The notes beneath the pieces are model-generated. The model had not been told where the DNA came from. It did not search any database and worked only from the letters and a program-made list of their open reading frames with translations. Made by a program: the position numbers and the translations under genes. A DNA stretch of 63,837 nucleotides, counting the filler, from Nitrospirae bacterium CG2_30_53_67 (GTDB taxonomy: Bacteria; CG2-30-53-67): the NCBI GenBank assembly GCA_001873285.1. It is 5 parts of 5 records of this genome, joined end to end, with 100 filler letters (N's around TTAATTAATTAA, not from the genome) between each part and the next. Parts side by side here need not be neighbours in the genome. Positions count along the whole stretch, not along the records: positions 24,957 to 42,208 come from MNYV01000056.1; positions 42,309 to 60,110 come from MNYV01000037.1; 3 more parts are not named here. One strand, 5' to 3'. Below, piece after piece: positions 39,735 through 48,547 of the stretch; position 1 is the first letter of the stretch; each line of letters begins with the position of its first letter.

Positions 39735-39928
39735 ATAAATTCAGGCAAACCGGCAAATATCACCCAACTTCTTATATTTATTGGAGAAATAAATTTATAA
39801 TCATCCGGTCTCTTGTCCAAGATCGGTTTTGGCCCGAAGAGGGGGAAAACGAAATAAATATTGTTTTACAAAGAGTTATCATTCTTGAGATCCATTTTCA
39901 ACCCTGATGGGTTCAAGGGAAGGAGTGT

Positions 39929-39982
39929 GAAAATATTTTCCCTTTTTGTGAAAATATTTTCTCTTTTTGTGTAAAAAATTAC
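39929..39982. promoter_or_regulatory. Three 21-bp-phased GAAAATATTTTC-like boxes (putative bEBP enhancer)
   Basis: Boxes start at 39929, 39950 and 39971. Confidence 0.6.
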
Positions 39983-39983
39983 C

Positions 39984-40805
39984 CTATTTTAAAAATTCGG
40001 AGAGGAGCCGGTCCACTTCTTCCTGCTGGATGGCATCTTTTTTCTCCCCTTGGAGCATGTCGAGCATCTGTTCTCCCCGTTTGATGTTTTCATCTTCAGG
40101 ATTTTCTTCTTTTCGGAGCCTGATCCCGAAGTTGAAAAGGATAGAGATCAGCTTGTTTTCCACGTCTTCCTGGAGTTTGACCACCTGATGAAGTTTTTGG
40201 CCGGATCGGTCCTGAGCGGAGAGGGATTCCGCCATTTTTGTCAGATCGACGCCGCTTTCGGCGCTGTTGGTCTTCAACTCATCTATATTGTTGAAGAGAT
40301 CGCCTTCTTGTTTTCTCATATCTTCCAGCGTCTTTTTAATGAGGTTAAATTTATCCGCCATATCTTCCTGACTTGCCTTGACCTTCTCCAGGAGATCCAT
40401 GGTGTTGCTGCTCCCTTCATTTGCAGCCGCAAGGATCGTGGAGAGCTTCGCGGCTGGTGCAGGGATTCCCTTGACGGGAAATTGAGTCAGGTCCTGTCTC
40501 ATGCTGTTCACCAGGTCTTGTTTGAGACGAACGATCTCATCAGACACCTCTTTGACCTTGCCGAGAAGTTCACGATACATCTTTTCATAGGAGACCTTTG
40601 GAGGGGTTTTATTCTCAAAAAACCCGACCAGCTCTTTTGCATCGTAGAGCGGTATGCGTTCATCTTTATACTGGATCTGCCTGGGGATCTGCAGGGGGAA
40701 GTTCTGAGGCGGTAATATCGTATACAACCCGTCCAGCCGGATGGCTGTCTTCTTTCCGTTGACGTTGGCCAGAACAATGTAGCGTGCATTCTCTCTATTT
40801 TCCAT
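39984..40805 (-). CDS. CheZ-like phosphatase
   Basis: Coiled coil with QDRSGQ (DxxxQ) and a C-terminal QEEVDRLLSEF CheY-binding-like peptide. Confidence 0.75.
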   Translation of the reverse strand: MENRENARYIVLANVNGKKTAIRLDGLYTILPPQNFPLQIPRQIQYKDERIPLYDAKELVGFFENKTPPKVSYEKMYRELLGKVKEVSDEIVRLKQDLVNSMRQDLTQFPVKGIPAPAAKLSTILAAANEGSSNTMDLLEKVKASQEDMADKFNLIKKTLEDMRKQEGDLFNNIDELKTNSAESGVDLTKMAESLSAQDRSGQKLHQVVKLQEDVENKLISILFNFGIRLRKEENPEDENIKRGEQMLDMLQGEKKDAIQQEEVDRLLSEFLK

Positions 40806-40957
40806 TGGGGATCTCCTGATTTATAAAGGGATATTTTTATGGGGCAGCCTTTTCCCTTCTCTTACCGGCCAACAGGAAAAGGAACCGGTATTCAATATAC
40901 ACGCGGCCCCGGGTTGTTGCAAGAATAAATCATAGAGAACCCCATGTTTTTAAAAGT

Positions 40958-41228
40958 AGATCATCTCCAAAAGAGTGGGTGAAAACATCAGGGGTCAAGG
41001 GTTCAAGGATTCCAGGGGTCAAGTGAAGTGCTCAAGTACGACAAGGAGTTAAAGGTTTGGCAGAAGTTTTATCAATGATGCTTGAAAATTTACAAAACAA
41101 CAAAAAGATTTCCTGATGAGGTTGAGCGGATACTCAAGGCGCTGATCAAATCACTGGAAAACGAACACTTGACCCCTTGACCCCTGGAATCCTCGAACCC
41201 TTTTTACCTACTAAATAGGAGAAGAACC
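40958..41228 (+). mobile_element. Heptamer-repeat MITE copy with a deleted four-helix-bundle gene remnant
   Basis: Same 271-nt length as 17743-18013; flanks TTAAAAGT / TTAAAAAT. 41028-41180 translates VLKYDKELKVWQKFYQ*CLKIYKTTKRFP-DEVERILKALIKSLENEHLTP*. Confidence 0.85.
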
Positions 41229-41314
41229 TTAAAAATAAGATAGCATTGACTTCATTCGTATCCGCGTTTATTCTCAATACATACCTTGGCAATTAAAGAA
41301 TCAGGGATGGGGAG

Positions 41315-41947
41315 ATGAGCCGTTCTTCCAAAAGATGGAACCTGGAACATCAACAGGATATTTACGTTAAAAAGGCGCATAAGGAGAAGCTCCGTTCCAG
41401 AGCCGCCTATAAGCTCATTCAGATTCAGGAGAAGTTCCGGGTTATGCGTCCCGGAGACTGGGTCCTGGATCTGGGTTCTGCTCCCGGCGGATGGAGCCAG
41501 GTGGCAGCCGGAATCGTGGGAGAGGGGGGACGCGTGGTTTCGGTTGACCTGCTTCCGATGGAACCGATCCCTATGGTCAGGATCGTGCGGGGAGACATCA
41601 TGAAAGATGGGGTCATTGAAAAGATCCGCTCGGAATTAGAAGGGCGGACCGCCGATCTCATGATGTCCGACATGGCTCCGAATACGACGGGTATTGCCTC
41701 AATCGATCATGATCGGAGCGTGCTCCTTGTGGAGGCCGTACTTGAGCTTGTCCCCCTTTTTTTACGTCCCCGAGGGGGGTTGATCCTCAAGGTTTTTCAA
41801 GGCAAGGATTTCAAGATATTAAAAGAGAAGACATTTTCGCTGTTTGAAAACGGCAGGGTCTTCAAACCTGATGCGTCCCGTGGGAGGAGCGTAGAAGTCT
41901 ATTGGGTCGGGATCCAATCACGGTCACGTCAAAGTCGCCGTAGCTGA
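41315..41947 (+). CDS. rlmE: 23S rRNA U2552 2'-O-methyltransferase
   Basis: RSRAAYKL, DLGSAPGGWSQ, SDMAP and KP.ASR..S.EVY motifs. Confidence 0.94.
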   Translation: MSRSSKRWNLEHQQDIYVKKAHKEKLRSRAAYKLIQIQEKFRVMRPGDWVLDLGSAPGGWSQVAAGIVGEGGRVVSVDLLPMEPIPMVRIVRGDIMKDGVIEKIRSELEGRTADLMMSDMAPNTTGIASIDHDRSVLLVEAVLELVPLFLRPRGGLILKVFQGKDFKILKEKTFSLFENGRVFKPDASRGRSVEVYWVGIQSRSRQSRRS

Positions 41948-41991
41948 CGCCAAGGCAGTAATCGCGGAGATGCGAGGGGTGGATTTATGGA

Positions 41992-42208
41992 GTGCTAACG
42001 AACGCATGGCGTTATTCTATGGATTTAAGAATTGTTTCGCCCATTTTTAGGCGCACCTGTTTTGTTATCGGGCAGAAGTAACTATCGTTGGCACAGTTAC
42101 TATGAAAGGGCTCAGATGCCTATGAGGCTAAGGGTCAGATGCTGTTTGGCCGCGTAGTGCCGAATCGCCTGAGAGATGTTGGTATACTTCCGAAAGCGCA
42201 GAATGCCG
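41992..42208 (+). mobile_element. Probable 5' end (domain I) of a group IIB intron, cut by the contig end
   Basis: Non-coding. GTGCT start, then GGGCAGAAG, CACAGTT..GAAAGGG..AGATGC and TAGTGCCGAAT blocks resembling chloroplast-like class intron DI (recognised by eye). Confidence 0.55.
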
Positions 42209-42308
42209 NNNNNNNNNNNNNNNNNNNNNNNNNNNNNNNNNNNNNNNNNNNNTTAATTAATTAANNNNNNNNNNNNNNNNNNNNNNNNNNNNNNNNNNNN
42301 NNNNNNNN

Positions 42309-42407
42309 CCCCGACCCCCGATCGCAGTCGAGGGCAGGCTTGATCGGGGAATCCACCCTTCGACAGGCTCAGGGTGACAATTGTCATGGTGAGCTTGTCG
42401 AACCATG
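42309..42407. repeat. REP cluster forming the 3' exon of the group II intron
   Basis: Minus CATGGTTCGACAAGCTCACCATGACAATTGTCACCCTGAGC...; same unit as 21905-21960. Confidence 0.7.
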
Positions 42408-43443
42408 ATAGGGGTAGGGAAGGCTTTCGCCTCCCCCCCCTCCGAACCGGACAGGCGGATTTCCCGCATCCGGCTCTCCAGTTAGCGTTTTCCACATCGG
42501 GATTGACGAGCCGCATCTAAGGCTGCGGTTAAGGTGAACAGCCCAAGATCGGCAAAGTAGGTATTCGGCCATGTCAGATGGTCAAAGCCTCGCCCGACTC
42601 CCTTCCGCCCGTGCCGCTTCCGCAAGATGCTTCTCAGTCTCATCCTTATCCATCCGTCGAGAATCTGAAATGTTCGCCTCTCGCTGTGGCGGAAGTATTC
42701 AAACCAACCCCTCAAGCTCCGGTTCAGGTCATCGATAATAGCCGTCAGGCTCTTTCCCGATGTCCGTCTTGTCTTCTGCCGGATCACCTCTTTGAGTTTG
42801 TCCATGCTCTTCTTGCGCGGCCATCTCCTGTTTCGCTCAAAGTGGTAGCCAAGAAAGTCGAACCCTCCTTCTATTGTAACATCCACGATTCGTGTCTTCT
42901 CAGGATGCAGGAAGAGCCCCCTTCCTTCTATCATCGCCTTTACTCCGGTCAGCGCCTTCTCGGCTTCTTCCCGGCTTGAGCACAATATGACGAAATCGTC
43001 CGCATATCTGACCATCTCTTGTCCCATTTGCTGCATCTCGTGGTCAATGGGGTTCAGATAAATGTTGGAAAGTAAGGGACTAATGACCGCACCCTGGGGG
43101 GTGCCTCTGTCCGGTTCCCATTGGCTCAGACCCTCCATGACGCCTTGCTTCAGGTAGCCCCTTATGAGATCCAATACCCGTCCGTCCGCCACTTGTCTTT
43201 TGACTTCTTCCATCAACCCATCATGGGGAATGGTGTCAAAATAGCTCCTGTTGATTCTCCAGCTCTGCCAGATACCTTTCCTGGTTGCTTTGAAATGCCT
43301 CGATGCTCTGATTGTCCACCCCGGCAGCCCCTCCGTCGGCCTTCACTCTGCCCCAGGCCGCTTTGAGACTTCTGCCAGCGTAAACCTTGTCCATCAGACT
43401 AAACCACTTGCCTCCTTCTGACTCTGCACACTCTCAGGCGCAC
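42408..43443 (-). mobile_element. Internally deleted group II intron (class C-like)
   Basis: 5' GTGCGCC at 43443, DV GAGAGCCGGATGCGGGAAATCCGCCTGTCCGGTTC, and DVI ending ACCCCTAT at 42408. Only 1036 nt long. Confidence 0.85.
42482..43416 (-). pseudogene. ltrA: Group II intron reverse transcriptase/maturase, internally deleted and frameshifted
   Basis: RT0 GGKWFSLMDKVY...AAWGRVK..GAAGVD is joined out of frame near 43247 to SYFDTIPH...GTPQGAVISPLLSN...RYADD and domain X; no endonuclease domain. Confidence 0.85.
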
Positions 43444-43561
43444 GATTCTCCGGCCGAGCCAGACAATGATGAAGAGTAAGCTGGATTGTCCGGTCGGGCC
43501 TGTCCTCCGACTTGATCGGGGGATCGGAGGACAGGCCCCATCGGGGGACCGGACAATGACG
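43444..43561. repeat. Nested REP cluster forming the 5' exon of the intron
   Basis: GGATTGTCCGGTC...GACCGGACAATGAC with internal GGGCCTGTCCTCCGA...TCGGAGGACAGGCCC. Confidence 0.7.
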
Positions 43562-43589
43562 AAAGAGGAGGGCTGAGCAAGGGAACTCG

Positions 43590-45398
43590 TTATAATCCCA
43601 TCCCCATCTCGATGTAGCCGCACGGGCATATGAGGGAACAGATGTGACAGCCGTTGCACTTTGTGTAATCCGTGAACATGACCTGGCCCATGGGCCGGGC
43701 GAGGTCCCTGCTGACGGCCTCCCTCGGACAGTAGATGCGGCACTGATCGCAGTTGAAACACAAACCGCAGCTCATGCACCGCTTGGCTTCGGCAACGGCC
43801 TCATCCCTGGTCAGTCTCTGATAGATTTCCTGAAACCCCCGGATCCTCTCCTCTGCGGGAAGGCTTTTCTTCTCGTGCCTCGGAGCGTCCTTGTAGTAAT
43901 CGAAGCGAAGATGGGTCTCTTTTATGGGCCGGATCATAGGCAGGGGCTTATATTCCCGGCCGTTGAGATAGGCCTCTATGGCCTGAGCGGCCTTGCGGCC
44001 TTCACCCACTGAACGCGAGGAGATCCCCAGGCCCAGGACATCGCCTCCGGCAAAGACCCCATCGAGCCCGGTCTGCCGGTTGTTCCGGATATTGATCCAT
44101 CCCCACTGGTTGGCCAGTTCCATCAGGCCGCCCGCAAGATCGGGCTGCTGGCCGATACCTGAGATCACGGCCGTGGCCTCTATGGTGAATTCCGACCCCT
44201 TGACAGGGATGGGACGGCGCCGTCCGGACTTGTCAGGCTCGCCCAGTTCCATGCGGATGCATTGGATCCCGGCCACGCGTCCGTCTTGCGTCAGAATCTC
44301 AATGGGGGCCGCAAGAAATTCGATCCGGACCCCTTCTTTTTCGGCCTCCAGGATCTCGTGTCCGATGGCCGGCATCTCGGCGCGGGTCCGCCGGTAGAGA
44401 ATGGCTACCTCGGCATGGCTTAAACGCTTGGAGACACGGGCCGAATCCAGGACGGTCTGAGCCGACTCCGTATCGAACTGGTCCGCATCGCCTGCGCCCT
44501 TATGGGCCATGCGAAGAGAGACTCGTGCCGCATCGATGGCGCTGTCCCCGCCGCCGACCACCACCACCTTATTGCCGAGATCCACTTTGACGCCGGAGTT
44601 GATCCGGTTCAGATAATCGGCGGCCGTGAAGACATTGGCCGCGTCCTCACCCGGGACATTCAGCTTGGCGCCCCGGTGGGCGCCGATGGCCACATAGACG
44701 GCGTTATATTTTTTACACAACTCCTCAAAAGGGATATCCACACCGACCCTGGTGTTGCAGCGTAGTTCCACGCCCAGATCCAGGATGTTCTTGATCTCCC
44801 CGTCCAGAACCTTGTCCGGAAGCCGGTAGGAGGGTATCCCGTAGCGCAACATACCGCCGGGTTTGTCATAGGCCTCAAAGATCGTAACCGGATAACCGCG
44901 GCGGGCCAATTGATAGACACAGGAGAGTCCGGACGGACCTGATCCGATTACGGCCACCCTTTCTTTTCTCACCTTCTCGGTCAGCTTCTTGAATCTGAGC
45001 CCGCGTTCGAGACCGTGATCTCCTACCACCCGCTCAAAGTTGTTGATGGCCACGGGGCCGTCGGACTTGTTCTTTCGGTTGCAGCCATCCTCGCAGGGAT
45101 GGGGACAGATCCGGCCGTGCGTGGCGGGCATGGGATTCTTGTCCGTCAAAATGTGCCAGGCCTCGTCCAGGGCTTCTTCAGGGCTCTTCTTCTGGTATTC
45201 CGCAGCAGCCACAACCGTGAGATAACCGCGGATATCCTCGCTGCTGGGACACTCGTTCCGGCACGGCGGCATCTGCCGGACGTAAACCGGACACTTCCAG
45301 CTCTCACCGCAGGTCACCACGACGTCGGACGGTGACGCGGTTTGGTTTTTCACGATCTCCAACTGTGCGGCCCTTGCCGGGACAGATTGTATTTCCAT
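43590..45398 (-). CDS. dsrL: DsrL iron-sulfur flavoprotein
   Basis: PPC...CP..EDIRGYL, GRICPHPCE..CNR, GGGDSAIDAAR, YRR, and a C-terminal ferredoxin domain ending CPCGYIEMGMG; directly after dsrB. Confidence 0.9.
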   Translation of the reverse strand: MEIQSVPARAAQLEIVKNQTASPSDVVVTCGESWKCPVYVRQMPPCRNECPSSEDIRGYLTVVAAAEYQKKSPEEALDEAWHILTDKNPMPATHGRICPHPCEDGCNRKNKSDGPVAINNFERVVGDHGLERGLRFKKLTEKVRKERVAVIGSGPSGLSCVYQLARRGYPVTIFEAYDKPGGMLRYGIPSYRLPDKVLDGEIKNILDLGVELRCNTRVGVDIPFEELCKKYNAVYVAIGAHRGAKLNVPGEDAANVFTAADYLNRINSGVKVDLGNKVVVVGGGDSAIDAARVSLRMAHKGAGDADQFDTESAQTVLDSARVSKRLSHAEVAILYRRTRAEMPAIGHEILEAEKEGVRIEFLAAPIEILTQDGRVAGIQCIRMELGEPDKSGRRRPIPVKGSEFTIEATAVISGIGQQPDLAGGLMELANQWGWINIRNNRQTGLDGVFAGGDVLGLGISSRSVGEGRKAAQAIEAYLNGREYKPLPMIRPIKETHLRFDYYKDAPRHEKKSLPAEERIRGFQEIYQRLTRDEAVAEAKRCMSCGLCFNCDQCRIYCPREAVSRDLARPMGQVMFTDYTKCNGCHICSLICPCGYIEMGMGL

Positions 45399-45411
45399 GA
45401 TCGTACCCCTC

Positions 45412-46488
45412 CTATAATCTGACCTGTGAGGATGTGTTGAATGTGGTACGGGCAAAGCGGTAATTGTCGATATGGTACTTGGTGAACGGAAAGCCCGTGA
45501 CCTCGAAAAAGCGTTTCCATCCGATCCGGTCTATCCACTCGCCCATCCGTTCGTAAGGCTTGGCACTCGCTCTGTAGGCTTCAATAATCTTGCTCACGGC
45601 GGCACTCACCTCGGGCCAGCGGGGCGGATGGTTGGGGAGCCCATAGGTAGCCAGTTTCATAAAAGAGGGACCGCTTCGGGTGCTGGCCGACTTGCCGCCG
45701 ACCCAGATAGACAGGGTGTCGGTTTCGGCGTCACGGATCTCCATGCTCGGGCACTGTCCGTGGCAGGCCCCGCAATACATGCACTTCTCTTCGATGACCT
45801 CCAGGGAGTCCCGGCCTTCCACCTTGCGGGGGCGGACCGCAGCCACGGGGCAGATGGCCACCACCTTGGGATGCTCACAGATCTGCATCTTGTCGTGACT
45901 GATCCTGGGCGGCTTGTGGTGCTGAAGATTGATGGCGATATCCGTCTGGCCGCCGCAGTTGATCTGGCAGCAAGAGGTGGAGATCTTGACACGCTGGGGC
46001 AGGCGCTCGCTGACAAAATCCTCATAGAGCGTATCCATGAGGGCCTTGACCGCGCCGGCGGCATCGGTTCCCGGGAGATTGCAGTGAAGCCAGCCCTGGG
46101 TATGGATGATATTGGAGACCGAGGGGCCTGTGCCCCCCACGGGAAAGCCGAGGACGTCGTGGACTTCCCGAATCAGGGGATCGATATCCTCCCTGTTTGC
46201 GAGCAGAAACTCGATGTTGCACCGGCTGGTAAAACGCAGATGACCCTGGCAATACTTGTCCGCGATCGTACAGATCTTCCGCACCGTATCCACGCTCATG
46301 GTGCGGGGGGATCCCGCCCGGACCGTGTAGAGGGCGTCCCCGCTTTCCGCCACATGCACCAGCACACCGGGACGCAGGTTCTCATGATATTTCCAATGGC
46401 CGTAATTTTTGGCCATGAGGGGGTGCAAAAACTTCTTGAAGTCCGGCGCCCCGTTGTCCCTTGGAGCCATTTTTTTCTTTGATTCCAT
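45412..46488 (-). CDS. dsrB: Dissimilatory sulfite reductase beta subunit (oxidative-type motifs)
   Basis: KNYGHWKYH, HTQGWLHC, TSCCQINCGGQ, PPRWPE and ERMGEWIDRIGW motifs; start 46488 or 46494. Confidence 0.95.
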   Translation of the reverse strand: MESKKKMAPRDNGAPDFKKFLHPLMAKNYGHWKYHENLRPGVLVHVAESGDALYTVRAGSPRTMSVDTVRKICTIADKYCQGHLRFTSRCNIEFLLANREDIDPLIREVHDVLGFPVGGTGPSVSNIIHTQGWLHCNLPGTDAAGAVKALMDTLYEDFVSERLPQRVKISTSCCQINCGGQTDIAINLQHHKPPRISHDKMQICEHPKVVAICPVAAVRPRKVEGRDSLEVIEEKCMYCGACHGQCPSMEIRDAETDTLSIWVGGKSASTRSGPSFMKLATYGLPNHPPRWPEVSAAVSKIIEAYRASAKPYERMGEWIDRIGWKRFFEVTGFPFTKYHIDNYRFARTTFNTSSQVRL

Positions 46489-46504
46489 GATCATCTCTCC
46501 CGTG

Positions 46505-47782
46505 TTAAGAGGTTGTTTCCTCGCCTTCGAGCTCCTTGTCCACAAAGGGCGGAACTTTCTTTTCTTCCCCGGCCATTCTGGGCCGCGTGTACTCCTCGAA
46601 CTTGATGTAAGGGTTGCTTCTCGGCGCTCTGACCATCTGCGGATCCGGCAGGAGCCCGATGCCGTCGAGGAAGGCGCCCAGTCCGACCCGGTCAATGAAT
46701 TCCCCCACACGCTCGTGTTCCATCCCATTCTCGCCCCAGAAGTCCCAAATCCTCCGGACCAGGTCCGTCAGTTTTTCCCGATCCTCCTCAGTCTCCATCT
46801 TCATGAAGGGGACCAGCACGGAACTCATGGTATCGCCGATCTTCAGGCTGCGCTTTCCCCCGATCAGGATGGTCACACCCCGGTCCTTACCGATAGCCAG
46901 GGCCTTGTGCATCACGTTGATACAATGCATGCAATGGACACAGTTCTTATCGTCGATCTTGATCGTTCGGTCCTTCAGAGTCATGCACTGCGTGGGACAC
47001 CGGGTGATCACATTCTTGATGACAAACTGCTCGCCCCTCTGATCGATGAACTTGGCCGCCTCTTCCTGGTTGACCTGGATCTCGTCACGCCAGGTCCCGA
47101 TGATCGGCATGTCGGATCTCTGCATGGAGCAGGCGCAGTCATTGGCACAGCCTGAGATCTTGAACTTGTACTTATAAGGGAATTCGGGACGGTGGAGTTC
47201 ACTAATGAAGGTATCGGTGATGTATTTGGTCAGCCCCAGGGTATCGAAGCAGGACATCTCGCAGCGGCCGGGCCCCACACAGCAGGCCAGGGTCCTGAGG
47301 GCCGCGCCCGACCCGCCGATGTCCCAGCCCTTTTCCATGAGCGCCTCTCCGGCCTCGAAGGTCTGTTCATTGTTGGAGCCGAGCATCAGGATATCACCGG
47401 TCATGCCGTGAAACTGCAGGATGCCGGCGCTGTGCTTCTCACTGATGTCGCAGAGTTCCCGAAGGGCCTCGGTGGAATAGACCCAGCCCGAGGGCTCAAG
47501 GATGCGGATCGTGTTGAACCTCGCCATCTCCGGAAATTTCTCTGTTAGTTCCGAATATCGGCCGATCACACCCCCGCCGTACCCGTCGAGGTTGATCACA
47601 GTCCCCTGCCAGTAGTCGGTGCAGGTCTCGTAGGACTGCTCGAGCTGTCCCAGGAGCTGTTTTATGGCCGGCTTTTTCCTGGAGAGCTGCTTTAAGTCTT
47701 TCACGAAGCTCGGCCATGGCCCCTTTTCCAGCTCGTCCAACATAGGGGTTTTGATCTCATCCGGTTCTTTGGGTCCTGACAT
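46505..47782 (-). CDS. dsrA: Dissimilatory sulfite reductase alpha subunit
   Basis: TPMLDELEKGPWPSFV, CVGPGRC (Cx5C), PYKYKFKISGCANDC (Cx3C) and CVHCMHCIN motifs. Confidence 0.95.
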   Translation of the reverse strand: MSGPKEPDEIKTPMLDELEKGPWPSFVKDLKQLSRKKPAIKQLLGQLEQSYETCTDYWQGTVINLDGYGGGVIGRYSELTEKFPEMARFNTIRILEPSGWVYSTEALRELCDISEKHSAGILQFHGMTGDILMLGSNNEQTFEAGEALMEKGWDIGGSGAALRTLACCVGPGRCEMSCFDTLGLTKYITDTFISELHRPEFPYKYKFKISGCANDCACSMQRSDMPIIGTWRDEIQVNQEEAAKFIDQRGEQFVIKNVITRCPTQCMTLKDRTIKIDDKNCVHCMHCINVMHKALAIGKDRGVTILIGGKRSLKIGDTMSSVLVPFMKMETEEDREKLTDLVRRIWDFWGENGMEHERVGEFIDRVGLGAFLDGIGLLPDPQMVRAPRSNPYIKFEEYTRPRMAGEEKKVPPFVDKELEGEETTS

Positions 47783-47935
47783 GGCGATTTCCTCCCTTTT
47801 ATTCTGATATTCTGAACCCGTTAAGTTGGTTTGACCGGCATAAACTGATGCGGTTCATAATTAATTAATAATTCTCATGACTTGGGCATATTAAAGAAAT
47901 TTCTTATTTGAATATTGCTATATTAGGATCTATTC

Positions 47936-47957
47936 TTCTGTGATATATATCACAGAA
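47936..47957. promoter_or_regulatory. Perfect 22-bp palindrome upstream of dsrA (Rex- or CRP/FNR-type core)
   Basis: TTCTGTGATATATATCACAGAA contains TGTGA-N6-TCACA. Confidence 0.6.
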
Positions 47958-48050
47958 ATCAAAGTTGCTCAGGATTAAGGGAATTTAGATTATACAGCGT
48001 TTCCAACTATACCTCAGATCGCAAAAGACGTCTATGACCCCGCCAGCCCC

Positions 48051-48233
48051 GGGTGTGCGACAAATTTATGGGTAAATATTTCTCTAAGAGCGTCATTCCC
48101 CGACTGGATCGGGGAATCCAGACAATAAAAAACTGGATTGTCCGGTCGGGCCTGTCCTCCGACTGGATCGGGGGACCGGACAATGACAAACATATGTAAC
48201 CCTGATGTGTACCCATAAATTTGTCGCAGACCC
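48051..48233. mobile_element. MITE with 24-bp TIRs (ISKra4-like termini) filled with REPs
   Basis: GGGTGTGCGACAAATTTATGGGTA / TACCCATAAATTTGTCGCAGACCC, one mismatch; no TSD visible. Confidence 0.75.
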
Positions 48234-48323
48234 GCCGATCCCGGAAACAGCGATAGGATGGCACCGATCTATCATCAGTCCGGGCAGGGGAAGTGTCTGA
48301 CTGGCCACCAGGACGTCTTATAG

Positions 48324-48377
48324 GAAAATATTTTCCTATAAATGGAACTTTATTTCTATTAAATGGAAAACTTTTTC
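48324..48377. promoter_or_regulatory. Three 21-bp-phased GAAAATATTTTC-like boxes (putative bEBP enhancer)
   Basis: Boxes start at 48324, 48345 and 48366. Confidence 0.6.
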
Positions 48378-48500
48378 ACACATAGAGCCGCCGGAGTCTC
48401 TTCATATCAAACGGTTAAACGAACCTGATATTTTAATATAATTAGATGGTTACAACCGAATTAAAATTTTATTTCAAATAAATCGGAGAAAAAGATCTGT

Positions 48501-48516
48501 TGGTATAATTTTTGCA
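48501..48516 (+). promoter_or_regulatory. Sigma54 promoter
   Basis: TGGTATAATTTTTGCA, GG-N10-GC. Confidence 0.7.
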
Positions 48517-48547
48517 TAATTTTTTAGAAATAATGAGGAAAACTTTT

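Noticed and set aside
41076..41078. In-frame TGA in the four-helix remnant as selenocysteine
   Set aside because: It aligns with Leu (TTA) in the sister copy, so it is a nonsense mutation.
42482..43416. RT plus Avd-like remnants as a DGR, retron or CRISPR-associated RT
   Set aside because: The RT is followed by intron DV/DVI and has a domain X. No TR/VR pair, msr-msd or cas1 is seen, and the four-helix remnants are on other contigs.
41992..43443. One continuous intron across the linker
   Set aside because: Different contigs, opposite strands and apparently different intron classes.
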